A stretch of DNA of 64,000 nt, taken from assembly GCA_902762875.1 (NCBI GenBank), contig CACWPS010000003.1, forward strand, positions 94,550-158,549, written 5' to 3'. The notes under the pieces are model-generated. The model was not told where the DNA came from. It ran no database searches and worked only from the letters and a program-made list of their open reading frames with translations. The translations under genes were made by a program, and so were the position numbers. Below, piece after piece: positions 29,332-38,791 of the stretch; within the stretch, counting starts at the first letter, position 1, and each line of letters opens with the position of its first letter. The stretch comes from Oscillospiraceae bacterium (GTDB taxonomy: Bacteria; Bacillota; Clostridia; Oscillospirales; Acutalibacteraceae).

Positions 29332-30456
29332 GTGATATATTTTGATAACGCCGCTACAACCGGCAAGAAGCCGACAGAGGTTATAAGGGCTGTGGACGGA
29401 GCCTTAAGAGAGCTTTCGGCAAACCCGGGAAGAAGCGGGCATAACGCTTCTTTAAAGACGGCGGATGCGGTTTATTCGGTAAGGGAAAAAACTGCGGAGT
29501 TTTTCGGCGCCTCGGGAGCGGAAAATGTGGTGTTCACCCTTAACTGCACCCACAGCATAAACTGCGTGATAAAGGGTGTTTTAAAAAAAGGAGAGCATGC
29601 GGTAACCTCTTCTTTAGAACACAACTCGGTTATGAGGCCACTTATAAAAGAAGAAATCCCCTTTGATACAGCCTATGTTTCCCTTGCCGATGACAGCCTT
29701 ACCTTGCGGGAGTTTGAAAGGAAAATCCGCCCTAATACAAGGCTTGTAATCTGTACAGGGGCTTCTAATGTTTTGGGAAAAACACTTCCTATCGCCGAAA
29801 TCGGGGCACTTTGCAGGGAAAGGGGAGTGCTTTTTGCTGTAGATGCGGCACAGATAGCGGGAGTGATGCCCATTAATATGCGTCAAATGAATATAGATTA
29901 CCTGTGTGTTGCTCCCCACAAGGGGCTTTACGCCCCTATGGGAATAGGTGTGCTTATATGCCAAAAGCCTATAGAAAATACCATTATAGAGGGCGGTACA
30001 GGGACAAATTCCGCAGAGCTTGTTCAGCCCGAAGGTCTGCCTGAAAGGCTTGAAAGCGGAACGGTTAATGTACCAGAGATAATGGGGCTTTCTGCGGGAA
30101 TTGATTATGTAAAGGGGGTAGGGATTAAAAAAATATACTCCCACGAAATGAAGCTTATACGCTATCTTTATAAGGAACTTTCAAAAAATGACAGGGTACA
30201 GCTTTATACTCCTGAACCTAAGGACGGTTTATACGCTCCTGTGCTTTCTTTTAATGTTTACGGGAAAACCAGCGCCGAGGTATCTCAGTATTTAAACGAT
30301 AAGGGAATAGCGGTTAGGGGAGGACTTCATTGCGCTACTTCTGCACATAGGCAGATAGGCACTCTTGATATTGGAGCGGTAAGGGTTTCTGTCGCCGCAT
30401 TTAATACTCCTGCCGAAATAACAAGCTTAATAAAAGCAATTAAGCAAATAAAATGA
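29332..30456 (+). CDS. Cysteine desulfurase family / class V aminotransferase
   Basis: IYFDNAATT N-terminus and a PLP lysine context APHKGLYAPMG. The GTG at 29332 (8 nt after GGAGG) is preferred to the track start 29323. Confidence 0.85.
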   Translation: MIYFDNAATTGKKPTEVIRAVDGALRELSANPGRSGHNASLKTADAVYSVREKTAEFFGASGAENVVFTLNCTHSINCVIKGVLKKGEHAVTSSLEHNSVMRPLIKEEIPFDTAYVSLADDSLTLREFERKIRPNTRLVICTGASNVLGKTLPIAEIGALCRERGVLFAVDAAQIAGVMPINMRQMNIDYLCVAPHKGLYAPMGIGVLICQKPIENTIIEGGTGTNSAELVQPEGLPERLESGTVNVPEIMGLSAGIDYVKGVGIKKIYSHEMKLIRYLYKELSKNDRVQLYTPEPKDGLYAPVLSFNVYGKTSAEVSQYLNDKGIAVRGGLHCATSAHRQIGTLDIGAVRVSVAAFNTPAEITSLIKAIKQIK

Positions 30457-30487
30457 CAAAAAAATTTAAAAAATGTGCGTTTTTCTA

Positions 30488-30516
30488 TTGAATAGGGAAA
30501 AAAATTATGTTAGAAT
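30488..30516 (+). promoter_or_regulatory. Candidate promoter TTGAAT-17-TAGAAT for cdaA-cdaR
   Basis: Hexamers and spacing were read directly. It lies about 35 nt upstream of the cdaA ATG. Confidence 0.45.
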
Positions 30517-30551
30517 AAACTATAAAAGTATGTGAAAAGGAATGTTCTAAT

Positions 30552-31463
30552 ATGAGCAGCATATTCAATGCGATTTATGCATTTTTCAATCAAATCATAT
30601 ATGCTGTCGCAAGTATGAGAATATCGGACATTGTGGATATTCTTATTATGGCGTATATTATATACAAGGCGATAGGCTTTATGCTTGAATCCCGTGCGGG
30701 TCAGCTCGCAAAGGGCTTTATCGTACTGTTTTTTATATACTTTATCGCCAACTGGTGGAACCTTATTGCTATAAAGTGGGTTTTGTCGAGATTTGTTAAT
30801 TATATCATAATAGCCATTGCTATTATTTTTCAGCCCGAGCTTAGAAGGATTCTTGAAAGGGTGGGGCATACAAAGCTACTGGGTACCCAGGGCGATTTAT
30901 CGGACGAGCCGATAGAAAACTGTATAGACAAGGTCTGCCGTGCGGCGGGCAATATGCAGGAAAACAGAATAGGCGCACTGATAGTTTTTGAACGCTCTAC
31001 ACAGCTGGGTGAGATTATTAATACAGGCACTGTTATAAACGCCGAGCCCTCTGTTTCTATGGTTGGAAACATATTTTTCCCAAAATCTCCCCTTCACGAC
31101 GGTGCTATGATTATTAGGGACGGCAAGCTTTACGCCGCCGGCTGTATTTTACCCCTTACCCAAAGGGAGGATATTTCCTCACAGTTAGGTACCCGCCATC
31201 GTGCGGCAATCGGTATGACAGAAAATTCCGATGCGGTTGTACTTGTGGTTTCTGAGGAGACGGGTATAATTTCCATCGTTTCAAACGGCAAGATAACAAG
31301 GAATTATAACAGTATGTCCGCCGCCGAGGAACTGCGCCATCTTCTTGTTAATGATGATGAAATCGCCGATGATAATAAGATTATAACGCTGTTAAAGCGC
31401 TTCAACCCCTTTAAAAAAGAAAACGGAAAGGACGCTGAAAAGGCAGATGAAACGGAAAATTAA
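30552..31463 (+). CDS. cdaA: Diadenylate cyclase CdaA
   Basis: Three N-terminal TM helices plus a DisA_N (DAC) domain with LHDGAMII and GTRHRAAIG motifs. Confidence 0.95.
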   Translation: MSSIFNAIYAFFNQIIYAVASMRISDIVDILIMAYIIYKAIGFMLESRAGQLAKGFIVLFFIYFIANWWNLIAIKWVLSRFVNYIIIAIAIIFQPELRRILERVGHTKLLGTQGDLSDEPIENCIDKVCRAAGNMQENRIGALIVFERSTQLGEIINTGTVINAEPSVSMVGNIFFPKSPLHDGAMIIRDGKLYAAGCILPLTQREDISSQLGTRHRAAIGMTENSDAVVLVVSEETGIISIVSNGKITRNYNSMSAAEELRHLLVNDDEIADDNKIITLLKRFNPFKKENGKDAEKADETEN

Positions 31464-32724
31464 TCTTCCAGCCAAATTTTCATTAAAAAAGCTGCTTTAC
31501 AACAAACGGGTTACTATTCCGCTTTCGATTATAACCGCCTTTGTTTTTTGGCTTGTGATTATGATTAGCCAGAATCCCGACATTGACCGTACCTTTACGG
31601 ATATTTCCGTAAATATCAACCTTGAAAACACCTTTGTTTCCGAAAACGGTATGGAAATTATAGGGGATATTTCATCGCAAAAATTCACGGTTACCATAAA
31701 GGGACCGAGCTATGTTGTCTCTGCTTTGCAGCCGGGAGATTTTTATGTTTACGCCTCCGCCGCTGCAATTAACGCACCGGGCGAGTATCAGCTTGAGGTT
31801 TCGGGCGGAAAAAACACCGCAGTCTCGGATTATGAGTTTATAAGCATATCCCCCGCAACGGTTAATCTGCAGTTTGACTATGTTGATACTAAGGAATTCA
31901 CCGTTAAGGCTCGTGCTGAAGGTGCAAGCGCTATAGAAGGTCTTATTGCGGAGACGGCTGTAGTAAGCGGAACCGAAAGCGATACGATAACCATCAAAGG
32001 CCCCCGCACGGTTATCAATGAAATAGCAACGGTTGAAGCCTATGCCTCGGTTAATGAAATCCTAAGCGAAAGCACTACCTATGACGCAGAAATACGCCTT
32101 TTTAACGAAGCAGGCGAGGCTATAGATATGACTAACCTGACCTTAAGCGAAAAAGCGGTTAAGGTTACGGTTCCTATCTCTAAAAGCATAACAGTTCCGG
32201 TGGTTGCCGACTTTACAAATTTACCAGACGGTTTCCAAAAAAGCAGTATAGCCTACAGTGTTGACCACCAGACGGTTACGGTTATCGGAAAGCCTGAGGC
32301 AATTAATAAAATAACCCAGGTCACCCTTTCTGCAATAGATATCACCTCGGTTTCCCTTTCATCAAATAAGTTTGATGTATCGCCGAAGCTTCCGGACGGT
32401 GTAAGACTGCTTGACTCTATTGAGCATTTCACCGTCACGGTGAACACCTCTGATTATGTCGAAAAAACCTTTACGGTATCAAGTATTCGCTCTAAGGGGC
32501 TTTCTTCGGGTTTAAGCGCTACAAGCGATACGGCCATAAGAAATGTAAAAATCTGCGGGCCTAAAAATGTTATTTCAAAGCTTAAGGACGATATGCTCTA
32601 CGCCTTTGTGGATTTGTCCGACAAGGCGATGGGCGAGCATACGGTTACGGTTACTATAGGCTCGGATTCTTATAATAATATTTGGCAGGTAGGTTCCTAC
32701 AGCACAACGGTAAAAATAAAATAA
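31447..32724 (+). CDS. cdaR: CdaR (YbbR-domain) regulator of CdaA
   Basis: N-terminal anchor plus repeated YbbR-like beta domains. It overlaps the cdaA 3' end, as in other Firmicutes. Confidence 0.85.
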   Translation: MKRKINLPAKFSLKKLLYNKRVTIPLSIITAFVFWLVIMISQNPDIDRTFTDISVNINLENTFVSENGMEIIGDISSQKFTVTIKGPSYVVSALQPGDFYVYASAAAINAPGEYQLEVSGGKNTAVSDYEFISISPATVNLQFDYVDTKEFTVKARAEGASAIEGLIAETAVVSGTESDTITIKGPRTVINEIATVEAYASVNEILSESTTYDAEIRLFNEAGEAIDMTNLTLSEKAVKVTVPISKSITVPVVADFTNLPDGFQKSSIAYSVDHQTVTVIGKPEAINKITQVTLSAIDITSVSLSSNKFDVSPKLPDGVRLLDSIEHFTVTVNTSDYVEKTFTVSSIRSKGLSSGLSATSDTAIRNVKICGPKNVISKLKDDMLYAFVDLSDKAMGEHTVTVTIGSDSYNNIWQVGSYSTTVKIK

Positions 32725-32762
32725 ATCTAAAATAACTGTCGCATTAAGGGCACTTTGCACAG

Positions 32763-32892
32763 AAAGCCTCCCTTGCCTAAAGGGAGGGGGACCGCCGAAC
32801 GGCGGTGGAGGGATATATTAAAGCTTTTTCCAAGCTAAATCCCCCAGTCACGGCTTCGCCGCGACAGCCCCCTTTAGGCAAGGGGGCCTTTG
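32763..32892 (+). repeat. Hairpin-array intergenic repeat, copy D (diverged, with compensatory stem changes)
   Basis: CCTCCCTT-gcct-AAAGGGAGG, CCGCCG-aa-CGGCGG, ...CCCCCAGTCAC..., and GCCCCCTT-taggc-AAGGGGGC. The module order is the same as in B and C. Confidence 0.75.
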
Positions 32893-32975
32893 GTTTGTGG
32901 GGTTTTTCCTTAATATGTCAGACCGTTTAGCATTTTTTCACTTCCTGAATACAATGTATCAAGGGGTGAAAAAAT

Positions 32976-33314
32976 ATGTTAATCAAATATATTGCACTGG
33001 CAGTTGTTCTTTTTCTTTCGGTCTTGGGACTTGCGGAGCTTATGCACGGAATAAATCTTCGTGTCACCTCGCCCCGCAGAAAGGCAGTTACATATTCTGT
33101 GGTCTTTTTAAAGGGTGAAGATGCCGAAGAACAGCTGGCATTTGCTATAGAACAGCAAAAGTGGTTAGGAAAAGCCTATTCCGATTATATTATAGCGGTT
33201 AACAGCGGGATTTCGGAAAAAAGCGATAAAGCCTGCCGTTATTTAGCAGAAAAAAACGGAGCGGATTACTGCTCCTTGTATGACCTTAAGGGAAAAGTTG
33301 AAAGTTTGAAATAA
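32976..33314 (+). CDS. Hypothetical membrane-anchored protein
   Basis: 112 aa with one N-terminal TM helix. It lies directly upstream of recD2. I recognised no motif. Confidence 0.5.
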   Translation: MLIKYIALAVVLFLSVLGLAELMHGINLRVTSPRRKAVTYSVVFLKGEDAEEQLAFAIEQQKWLGKAYSDYIIAVNSGISEKSDKACRYLAEKNGADYCSLYDLKGKVESLK

Positions 33315-33333
33315 AAGGAGGGGAACGCTTAAT

Positions 33334-35574
33334 ATGCAGGACATTTTAACCGATTCGGTTAAAGAAATTAAAGGAACCGTTGAAAGAATTACATACCGAA
33401 ACGAAGGCAACAGCTATACTGTAGCAGAGGTAAAGGCAGACGGCAAAAGCCAAACAGTAGTTGGTATTTTGCCCTTCCTTACCGAGGGTGACGAGGCGGT
33501 CTTTTACGGCGAATATACAGTTCATCCCTCCTACGGCGAGCAGTTTAAGGCCGAACATTTTGAACGTAAAGCTCCACAAAATTCTGCGTCAATTTTGCGC
33601 TATCTTTCCTCGGGTGCGATTAGGGGCATAGGTCCTGCAACGGCGCAGAAAATTGTTGAGAAATTCGGCGCAGACACTCTTGATGTAATTCAAAACAGAC
33701 CTGAGGATTTAGCTACAATAAAGGGAATAACCCTCTCTAAGGCAAAGCAACTGTCGGAAGAATACCAAAAGCAGTACGGCGTAAGAGATATTATGATGAT
33801 GCTGTCAAAATACGGCGCTACACCTGATAAATGCCTTGCTGTTTACCGCCGCTTTGGGGATAAATCTACCGATATGATTAAAAGCAACCCCTACGCCCTG
33901 TGCGAGGAGGGTATTGATTTCCGCTTTGAGACGGCGGAGGATATAGCCGAGGATATGTCCTTTGATAAAAACAGCGAGTTAAGGGTTTCTGCAGGGGTTG
34001 AATATGTACTTAGAAAAAACCTTGCAAACGGCCACACCTGCCTTCCCCGTGAAAAGCTTTGCGAGGTGGCGGTAAGACTGCTTGAATGTAAGCGGGATAC
34101 GGTTGAGGACTGCTGTGACCGCCTTACAGAGTGCTTTAGAATAAAATCCAAAACCGTAAACGGCACCGAGTATCTTTCGATACCTGAATATTTTTCGGCA
34201 GAGGAGCATATCGCGGCACGGCTTATTTCGGTAAAAAGGTACATAGACAAGGCCGTCACGGTAGACAAACTCGAAATTGAAAATGTTGAACGCAGGCTTG
34301 GTATAGAATTTGAGGATTTGCAAAAGCAGGCGATTTTTGAGACCTTTTCAAGCGGTATACTTGTTTTAACAGGGGGACCCGGCACAGGGAAAACCACAAC
34401 CCTTAATGCCATAATAAGCCTTTTTGAAAACCGCAGTCTTGATATTGAGCTTGCCGCTCCCACAGGCAGGGCGGCAAAGCGTATGACCGAGCTTACGGGA
34501 AGAGAGGCTAAAACCATTCATCGCCTTTTAGAGGTTGAGTGGGGAGAGGGCGACAAACAGCAATTTTCCCGTAATGAGAGAAATCCCCTTAACTGTGATG
34601 TTATTATAGTTGACGAAGCCTCAATGATTGATGCTCTGCTTTTTGACAGCCTATTAAAGGCGTTAAGACTTTCCTGCCGTATAATTTTGGTGGGGGACTC
34701 AGACCAGTTGCCCGCTGTGGGTGCGGGAAATGTCCTTAACGATATTTTATCGTCGGATATTTTTCCCTCAATACGCCTTAAAAAGGTGTTCAGACAGGCG
34801 GGAAAAAGTAAAATTGTAACCAACGCCCACGCTATTATTAACGGCGAAAGCCCCGATTTTTCATCAAATGAATCGGATTGCTTCTTTTTAAGACGGCAGG
34901 ATAGCTTTTCGGTAAGCAATACGGTGCTTGAGCTTGTGTCGGAACGACTGCCTAATGCCTACGGCTTTGACCCCATTCGTGATATTCAGGTGCTTTGCCC
35001 CTCAAGAATGACCGAGACGGGCACAGTAAATCTTAATAATATTTTGCAAAGTGCCCTTAATCCCAACCTATCCGGCAAGCAACAGCTTTCCTTTAAGGGT
35101 ATTTACCTTCGTGAGGGCGATAAGGTTATGCAGATAAAAAATAATTACGATTTGCAGTATAGGCGGGATAACGGCGAATACGGCACAGGTGTGTTTAACG
35201 GCGATGTGGGCTTTATTACCGAAATTGATAAGCGGGGCGGCATTTTAAAGGTCCGCTTTGACGATAGGGTTGCAACCTATTTTTCGGAGGATTTGGCACA
35301 GTTAGAGCTTGCCTATGCAGTTACGGTACATAAGAGTCAGGGAAGCGAGTATACCTGTGTTATATTACCGCTTTTCGATGTTCCCCAAAAGCTTAAGTAC
35401 CGAAATCTTCTGTATACTGCCGTAACAAGGGCAAAAAAGCTGTTGGTTGCGGTGGGAAATGATAATATATGGACAGAAATGGTGGCAAACGACCGCAAGA
35501 CATTAAGATACACAATGCTTAAACAGTTTTTAAAGGAAGACAGCGCCTATGAAAGCCTTAATGAGCCTTATTAA
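33334..35574 (+). CDS. recD2: ATP-dependent RecD-like DNA helicase (RecD2)
   Basis: 746 aa. Walker A is GGPGTGKTT and Walker B is IIVDEASMI. The C-terminus reads YTAVTRAKK. Confidence 0.95.
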   Translation: MQDILTDSVKEIKGTVERITYRNEGNSYTVAEVKADGKSQTVVGILPFLTEGDEAVFYGEYTVHPSYGEQFKAEHFERKAPQNSASILRYLSSGAIRGIGPATAQKIVEKFGADTLDVIQNRPEDLATIKGITLSKAKQLSEEYQKQYGVRDIMMMLSKYGATPDKCLAVYRRFGDKSTDMIKSNPYALCEEGIDFRFETAEDIAEDMSFDKNSELRVSAGVEYVLRKNLANGHTCLPREKLCEVAVRLLECKRDTVEDCCDRLTECFRIKSKTVNGTEYLSIPEYFSAEEHIAARLISVKRYIDKAVTVDKLEIENVERRLGIEFEDLQKQAIFETFSSGILVLTGGPGTGKTTTLNAIISLFENRSLDIELAAPTGRAAKRMTELTGREAKTIHRLLEVEWGEGDKQQFSRNERNPLNCDVIIVDEASMIDALLFDSLLKALRLSCRIILVGDSDQLPAVGAGNVLNDILSSDIFPSIRLKKVFRQAGKSKIVTNAHAIINGESPDFSSNESDCFFLRRQDSFSVSNTVLELVSERLPNAYGFDPIRDIQVLCPSRMTETGTVNLNNILQSALNPNLSGKQQLSFKGIYLREGDKVMQIKNNYDLQYRRDNGEYGTGVFNGDVGFITEIDKRGGILKVRFDDRVATYFSEDLAQLELAYAVTVHKSQGSEYTCVILPLFDVPQKLKYRNLLYTAVTRAKKLLVAVGNDNIWTEMVANDRKTLRYTMLKQFLKEDSAYESLNEPY

Positions 35575-36265
35575 AGAGGCGTTTTTCCCCATGACCTGCG
35601 CCGCCTGCGGTGAGGTCACTAAGGACGGCGAGCCGCTTTGCGATTACTGCCGAGAAATGCTGAAACCCATTAACCCGATTAAGCGTTGTATTCTTTGCGG
35701 ATGTGAAAAGCCTGATTGCGAGTGCAAATACCGTGTTTTTCGTTTTGACGGGTTAATAGCTCCTTTTGAAAATAAGGATACCGCAAAGCTTGGGGTGTAT
35801 TCCTTTAAATTCGGCAAAAGGATGAGTAATGCCGATTATTTTGCCGAGCAGATGGCGTTTTGTGTTAAAAATGAATACCGTGATATAGGGTTTGACGCCG
35901 TTACATTTGTGCCTATGCACAGGTCTCGTTTTTTGAAAAGAGGTTTTAACCAAAGCCGAGTGCTGGCTGAAAAAATCGCTGTAGTTCTCGGTCTTCCTAT
36001 TGCTGATACCCTTGTCTGCTTAAAGAATGGTAAAAGACAGCACGATTTATTCGGCAAAGAGCGATTAGGGAATGTTAAGGGGCGTTATAAGGCTAAAGCG
36101 GGCGTTAAGGGCAAAATGCTTTTGCTTGTGGATGATATAAAGACCACCGGCGCAACCCTCGACGAGTGCGCAAAACAGCTTTATTTAAGCGGTGCTGACG
36201 GAGTTTACTGCGTTACGGCACTTATAAGCGTCAGAGACAAAAATAATGCTGGTAAAAAGCAATGA
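35549..36265 (+). CDS. comF: ComF family protein (phosphoribosyltransferase fold)
   Basis: N-terminal Cys-rich finger (CAACG...CDYC...CILCG) and the PRT motif LLLVDDIKTTGAT. It overlaps the recD2 end. Confidence 0.85.
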   Translation: MKALMSLIKEAFFPMTCAACGEVTKDGEPLCDYCREMLKPINPIKRCILCGCEKPDCECKYRVFRFDGLIAPFENKDTAKLGVYSFKFGKRMSNADYFAEQMAFCVKNEYRDIGFDAVTFVPMHRSRFLKRGFNQSRVLAEKIAVVLGLPIADTLVCLKNGKRQHDLFGKERLGNVKGRYKAKAGVKGKMLLLVDDIKTTGATLDECAKQLYLSGADGVYCVTALISVRDKNNAGKKQ

Positions 36266-36307
36266 TTAATGCTATAATAAATATATTATATTGAATTGGA
36301 GATTAAT

Positions 36308-37330
36308 ATGGCTACTGATATCGGAATAGATTTAGGATCTTCAAAAACGGTTATTTTTTCAAGCTCAAAGGTTGTGCTGGAGTTGCCCAATGTTGTGACG
36401 GTTGACAGCGAGACCTGGGAGCCTGTCTACTTCGGCGAAAAGGCTAAGCAGACAATTGGCAGAACGCCCGACAGTCTTGTGAGCGTTTCTCCCATTGAGC
36501 GGGGGGTTATTTCGGACTACGATATTGCGGAAATAATGCTTAAAAACTATATGCAACAGGCCTTCGGAAACCGTATTATGCGCCCCCGCATTATGGCAAC
36601 TCTCCCTGCGGGACTTACAGAACTTCAACACCACTCCCTTTCTAATGTGGTTGAATCGGCAGGCGGTCGAAATGTTACGGTAATAGAAGGCCCTCTTGCG
36701 GTGGCATTTGGCTTAGGTCTTGATTTTTCAAAGCCGAGGGGTACGCTTATTGTAGATATAGGTGCGGGTACAACCGATATTGCCGTTATTTCCCTTGGGG
36801 GTATTGCGGTTTGCGAATCCTTTAAAACCGCCTCGTCGGATATTGATGCACAGATTATAAGATATATCCGTAAGGAGTACAATATTGAAATAGGCCCTCT
36901 CACGGCGGAAATGATTAAAATTAAAATAGGATCGGCTGTAAAGCGGGATATTGAGATTGCGATAGTCGCCAAGGGAAGAAATGTATTTTCGGGCCTGCCC
37001 GAAAGCTTTGAAATTTCCTCGGGCGAGGTTTACGACGCTATTTCCGAGACTGTTGATACAATCTGTAACGCTATAAGAAAGGTATTAAACCGCACCGACC
37101 CGGATTTGGTGGCGGATATTACAGAGGACGGAATGTACTTAACAGGCGGCGGCTCCCAGTTAATGGGACTTACCGAAAAGCTTACGGAATATCTAAATAT
37201 TAAGGTGCATCCCCTTGAGGACCCTGCACACAGCGTTGTAAAGGGAGCGGCGGTGGCACTTAAAAAGCCCCATATGCTTAAAAATGTGGATTATCAGCTC
37301 CGTTCTATTGAAGAATTGGTTGTGGAATAA
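36308..37330 (+). CDS. mreB: MreB/Mbl-type actin-like rod shape protein
   Basis: DIGIDLGSS phosphate-1 motif and DIGAGTTD. The ATG at 36308 follows GGAG. Confidence 0.9.
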   Translation: MATDIGIDLGSSKTVIFSSSKVVLELPNVVTVDSETWEPVYFGEKAKQTIGRTPDSLVSVSPIERGVISDYDIAEIMLKNYMQQAFGNRIMRPRIMATLPAGLTELQHHSLSNVVESAGGRNVTVIEGPLAVAFGLGLDFSKPRGTLIVDIGAGTTDIAVISLGGIAVCESFKTASSDIDAQIIRYIRKEYNIEIGPLTAEMIKIKIGSAVKRDIEIAIVAKGRNVFSGLPESFEISSGEVYDAISETVDTICNAIRKVLNRTDPDLVADITEDGMYLTGGGSQLMGLTEKLTEYLNIKVHPLEDPAHSVVKGAAVALKKPHMLKNVDYQLRSIEELVVE

Positions 37331-37380
37331 GTTTAGCGATTTAAAGCTTTAAATTGTTAAAGAAAATTTTGTTTTATCTA

Positions 37381-37409
37381 TTGACAAAAGGGAAAAAATA
37401 GGTTAAAAT
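37381..37409 (+). promoter_or_regulatory. Promoter TTGACA-17-TAAAAT of the aromatic amino acid operon
   Basis: Consensus -35, 17-nt spacer and a near-consensus -10. Confidence 0.65.
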
Positions 37410-37442
37410 AGTCTTTAGTTTTGAGAAGAAAGGGTGGACGGT

Positions 37443-37511
37443 ATGTTCGGTTACATAGCTTATCGATTTTATTACTATAGTACGGACTGCCTGTGCGCCC
37501 ATAAAGCTTAG
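37443..37511 (+). CDS. Candidate leader peptide MFGYIAYRFYYYSTDCLCAHKA (22 codons, 7 of them Phe/Tyr)
   Basis: My own translation; the ORF is below the track cutoff. GGGTGG lies 5 nt upstream of the ATG. It sits between the promoter and the terminator hairpin of the aro leader. Confidence 0.55.
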   Translation: MFGYIAYRFYYYSTDCLCAHKA

Positions 37512-37532
37512 TCTTTATTTGTTGTACGGACG

Positions 37533-37582
37533 GCCCGCAATCGCTCATGCGTGTATGCTATGAGTGTTGCGGGCTTATTTTT
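37533..37582 (+). terminator. Leader (attenuator) intrinsic terminator
   Basis: GCCCGCAA..CTCAT-loop-ATGAG..TTGCGGGC followed by TTATTTTT. It ends 16 nt before the first structural gene. Confidence 0.75.
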
Positions 37583-37598
37583 GAAAAGGGGTGAAACG

Positions 37599-38780
37599 AT
37601 GATTAACGAAAAAATGGCGGGACTTGGCAAAAAACGCTCGGTCATACGGGAAATTTTTGAATATGCAAAGCTTAGAAAAGCTGAAATCGGTGCGGAAAAT
37701 GTCTTCGATTTTTCCATTGGCAATCCAAGCGTCCCCACGCCCAAAGCGGTTACCGTTGCTTTGGAGCGTTTAATAAAAGAAAAGGATCCCGTGGCACTTC
37801 ACGGCTATACCTCGGCGCAGGGTGATTTGGGTGTAAGGCAGTCTATTGCAAAGCATATTGAGAGTAAATTTGATTTTAAGGCAGACCCTAACCTTATTTA
37901 TATGACCTGCGGTGCGGCGGCTTCCCTTACAATATGCCTTAATGCTATAGTAAATGCGGGGGACGAGGTTATAGTTTTAGCTCCCTTTTTCCCCGAATAC
38001 CGAGTTTTTGCAGAAAAGGCGGGGGCAAAGCTAATTGAGGTTTTGTGCCGCGAAGGGGATTTTCAGATTGATTTTACCGCTCTCGAGAAAGCGATTAATG
38101 CTAAAACCAAGGGGATAATTGTAAATTCGCCTAATAACCCGACAGGTGCGGTATTTTCGGAAGAAACTGTAATTAAGCTCGCCACATTACTTAATAAAAA
38201 GCAGGCGGAATACGGCACATATATTTATATAATCGCCGATGAGCCCTATAGGGAGCTTGTTTACGATATGAGCGTTCCTTATATTCCGAAATATTATAAT
38301 AACACCCTTGTGTGCTATTCCTACAGTAAGTCCCTGTCTTTGCCGGGGGAGCGAATAGGCTATATATTTGTTTCACCGAATGCAAATAACAGCGGCGAAG
38401 TTTATGCGGCGGTGTGCGGTGCAGGCAGGTCTTTGGGCTTTGTATGTGCTCCAAGCCTTTTGCAGTACACAGTGGGTGAGTGCGCAGATGTTCTACCTGA
38501 CCTTACGGTTTACCGCAAAAACCGCGACCTGTTTTTAGATGCCCTTACCGAATACGGCTACACCGTAGTTCCGCCCGACGGTGCCTTTTACCTCTTTGTA
38601 AAGTCCCCTGAGGAGGACGCATATGCCTTTTGCGACAGGGCTAAAAAATACGAGATTTTGTTGGTACCGAGCGACGATTTCGGCTGTAAGGGATATGTTA
38701 GAATTTGCTACTGCGTTGAAACAGACCAAATTAAGCGTGCTTTACCTAAGTTTAAGGCGCTTATGGAAGAATATAAATAA
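37599..38780 (+). CDS. Pyridoxal-phosphate-dependent aminotransferase (class I; probable aromatic/aspartate aminotransferase)
   Basis: SYSKSLSLPGERIGY (PLP-lysine motif) and NPNNPTG-like SPNNPTG. The ATG at 37599 follows GGGGTG; the track start 37551 lies inside the terminator. Confidence 0.9.
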   Translation: MINEKMAGLGKKRSVIREIFEYAKLRKAEIGAENVFDFSIGNPSVPTPKAVTVALERLIKEKDPVALHGYTSAQGDLGVRQSIAKHIESKFDFKADPNLIYMTCGAAASLTICLNAIVNAGDEVIVLAPFFPEYRVFAEKAGAKLIEVLCREGDFQIDFTALEKAINAKTKGIIVNSPNNPTGAVFSEETVIKLATLLNKKQAEYGTYIYIIADEPYRELVYDMSVPYIPKYYNNTLVCYSYSKSLSLPGERIGYIFVSPNANNSGEVYAAVCGAGRSLGFVCAPSLLQYTVGECADVLPDLTVYRKNRDLFLDALTEYGYTVVPPDGAFYLFVKSPEEDAYAFCDRAKKYEILLVPSDDFGCKGYVRICYCVETDQIKRALPKFKALMEEYK

Positions 38781-38791
38781 CGGAGACGGTT

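Noticed and set aside
6110-32892. Whether the recurring hairpin repeats could be a degenerate CRISPR array or an integron attC series.
   Set aside because: The copies are kilobases apart and separated by housekeeping operons. They have different lengths and orientations, there is no repeat-spacer periodicity, and no cas or integrase gene is present in the window.
37415-37600. T-box or TRAP-binding leader for the aro operon.
   Set aside because: AAAGGGTGGACGG superficially resembles the T-box core. However, it lies at the 5' end of a leader of only about 180 nt. It serves as the RBS of the leader ORF and is not adjacent to the terminator, and no Stem I or specifier structure is evident. Only 3-4 irregular (G/T)AG triplets are present, far short of a TRAP site.
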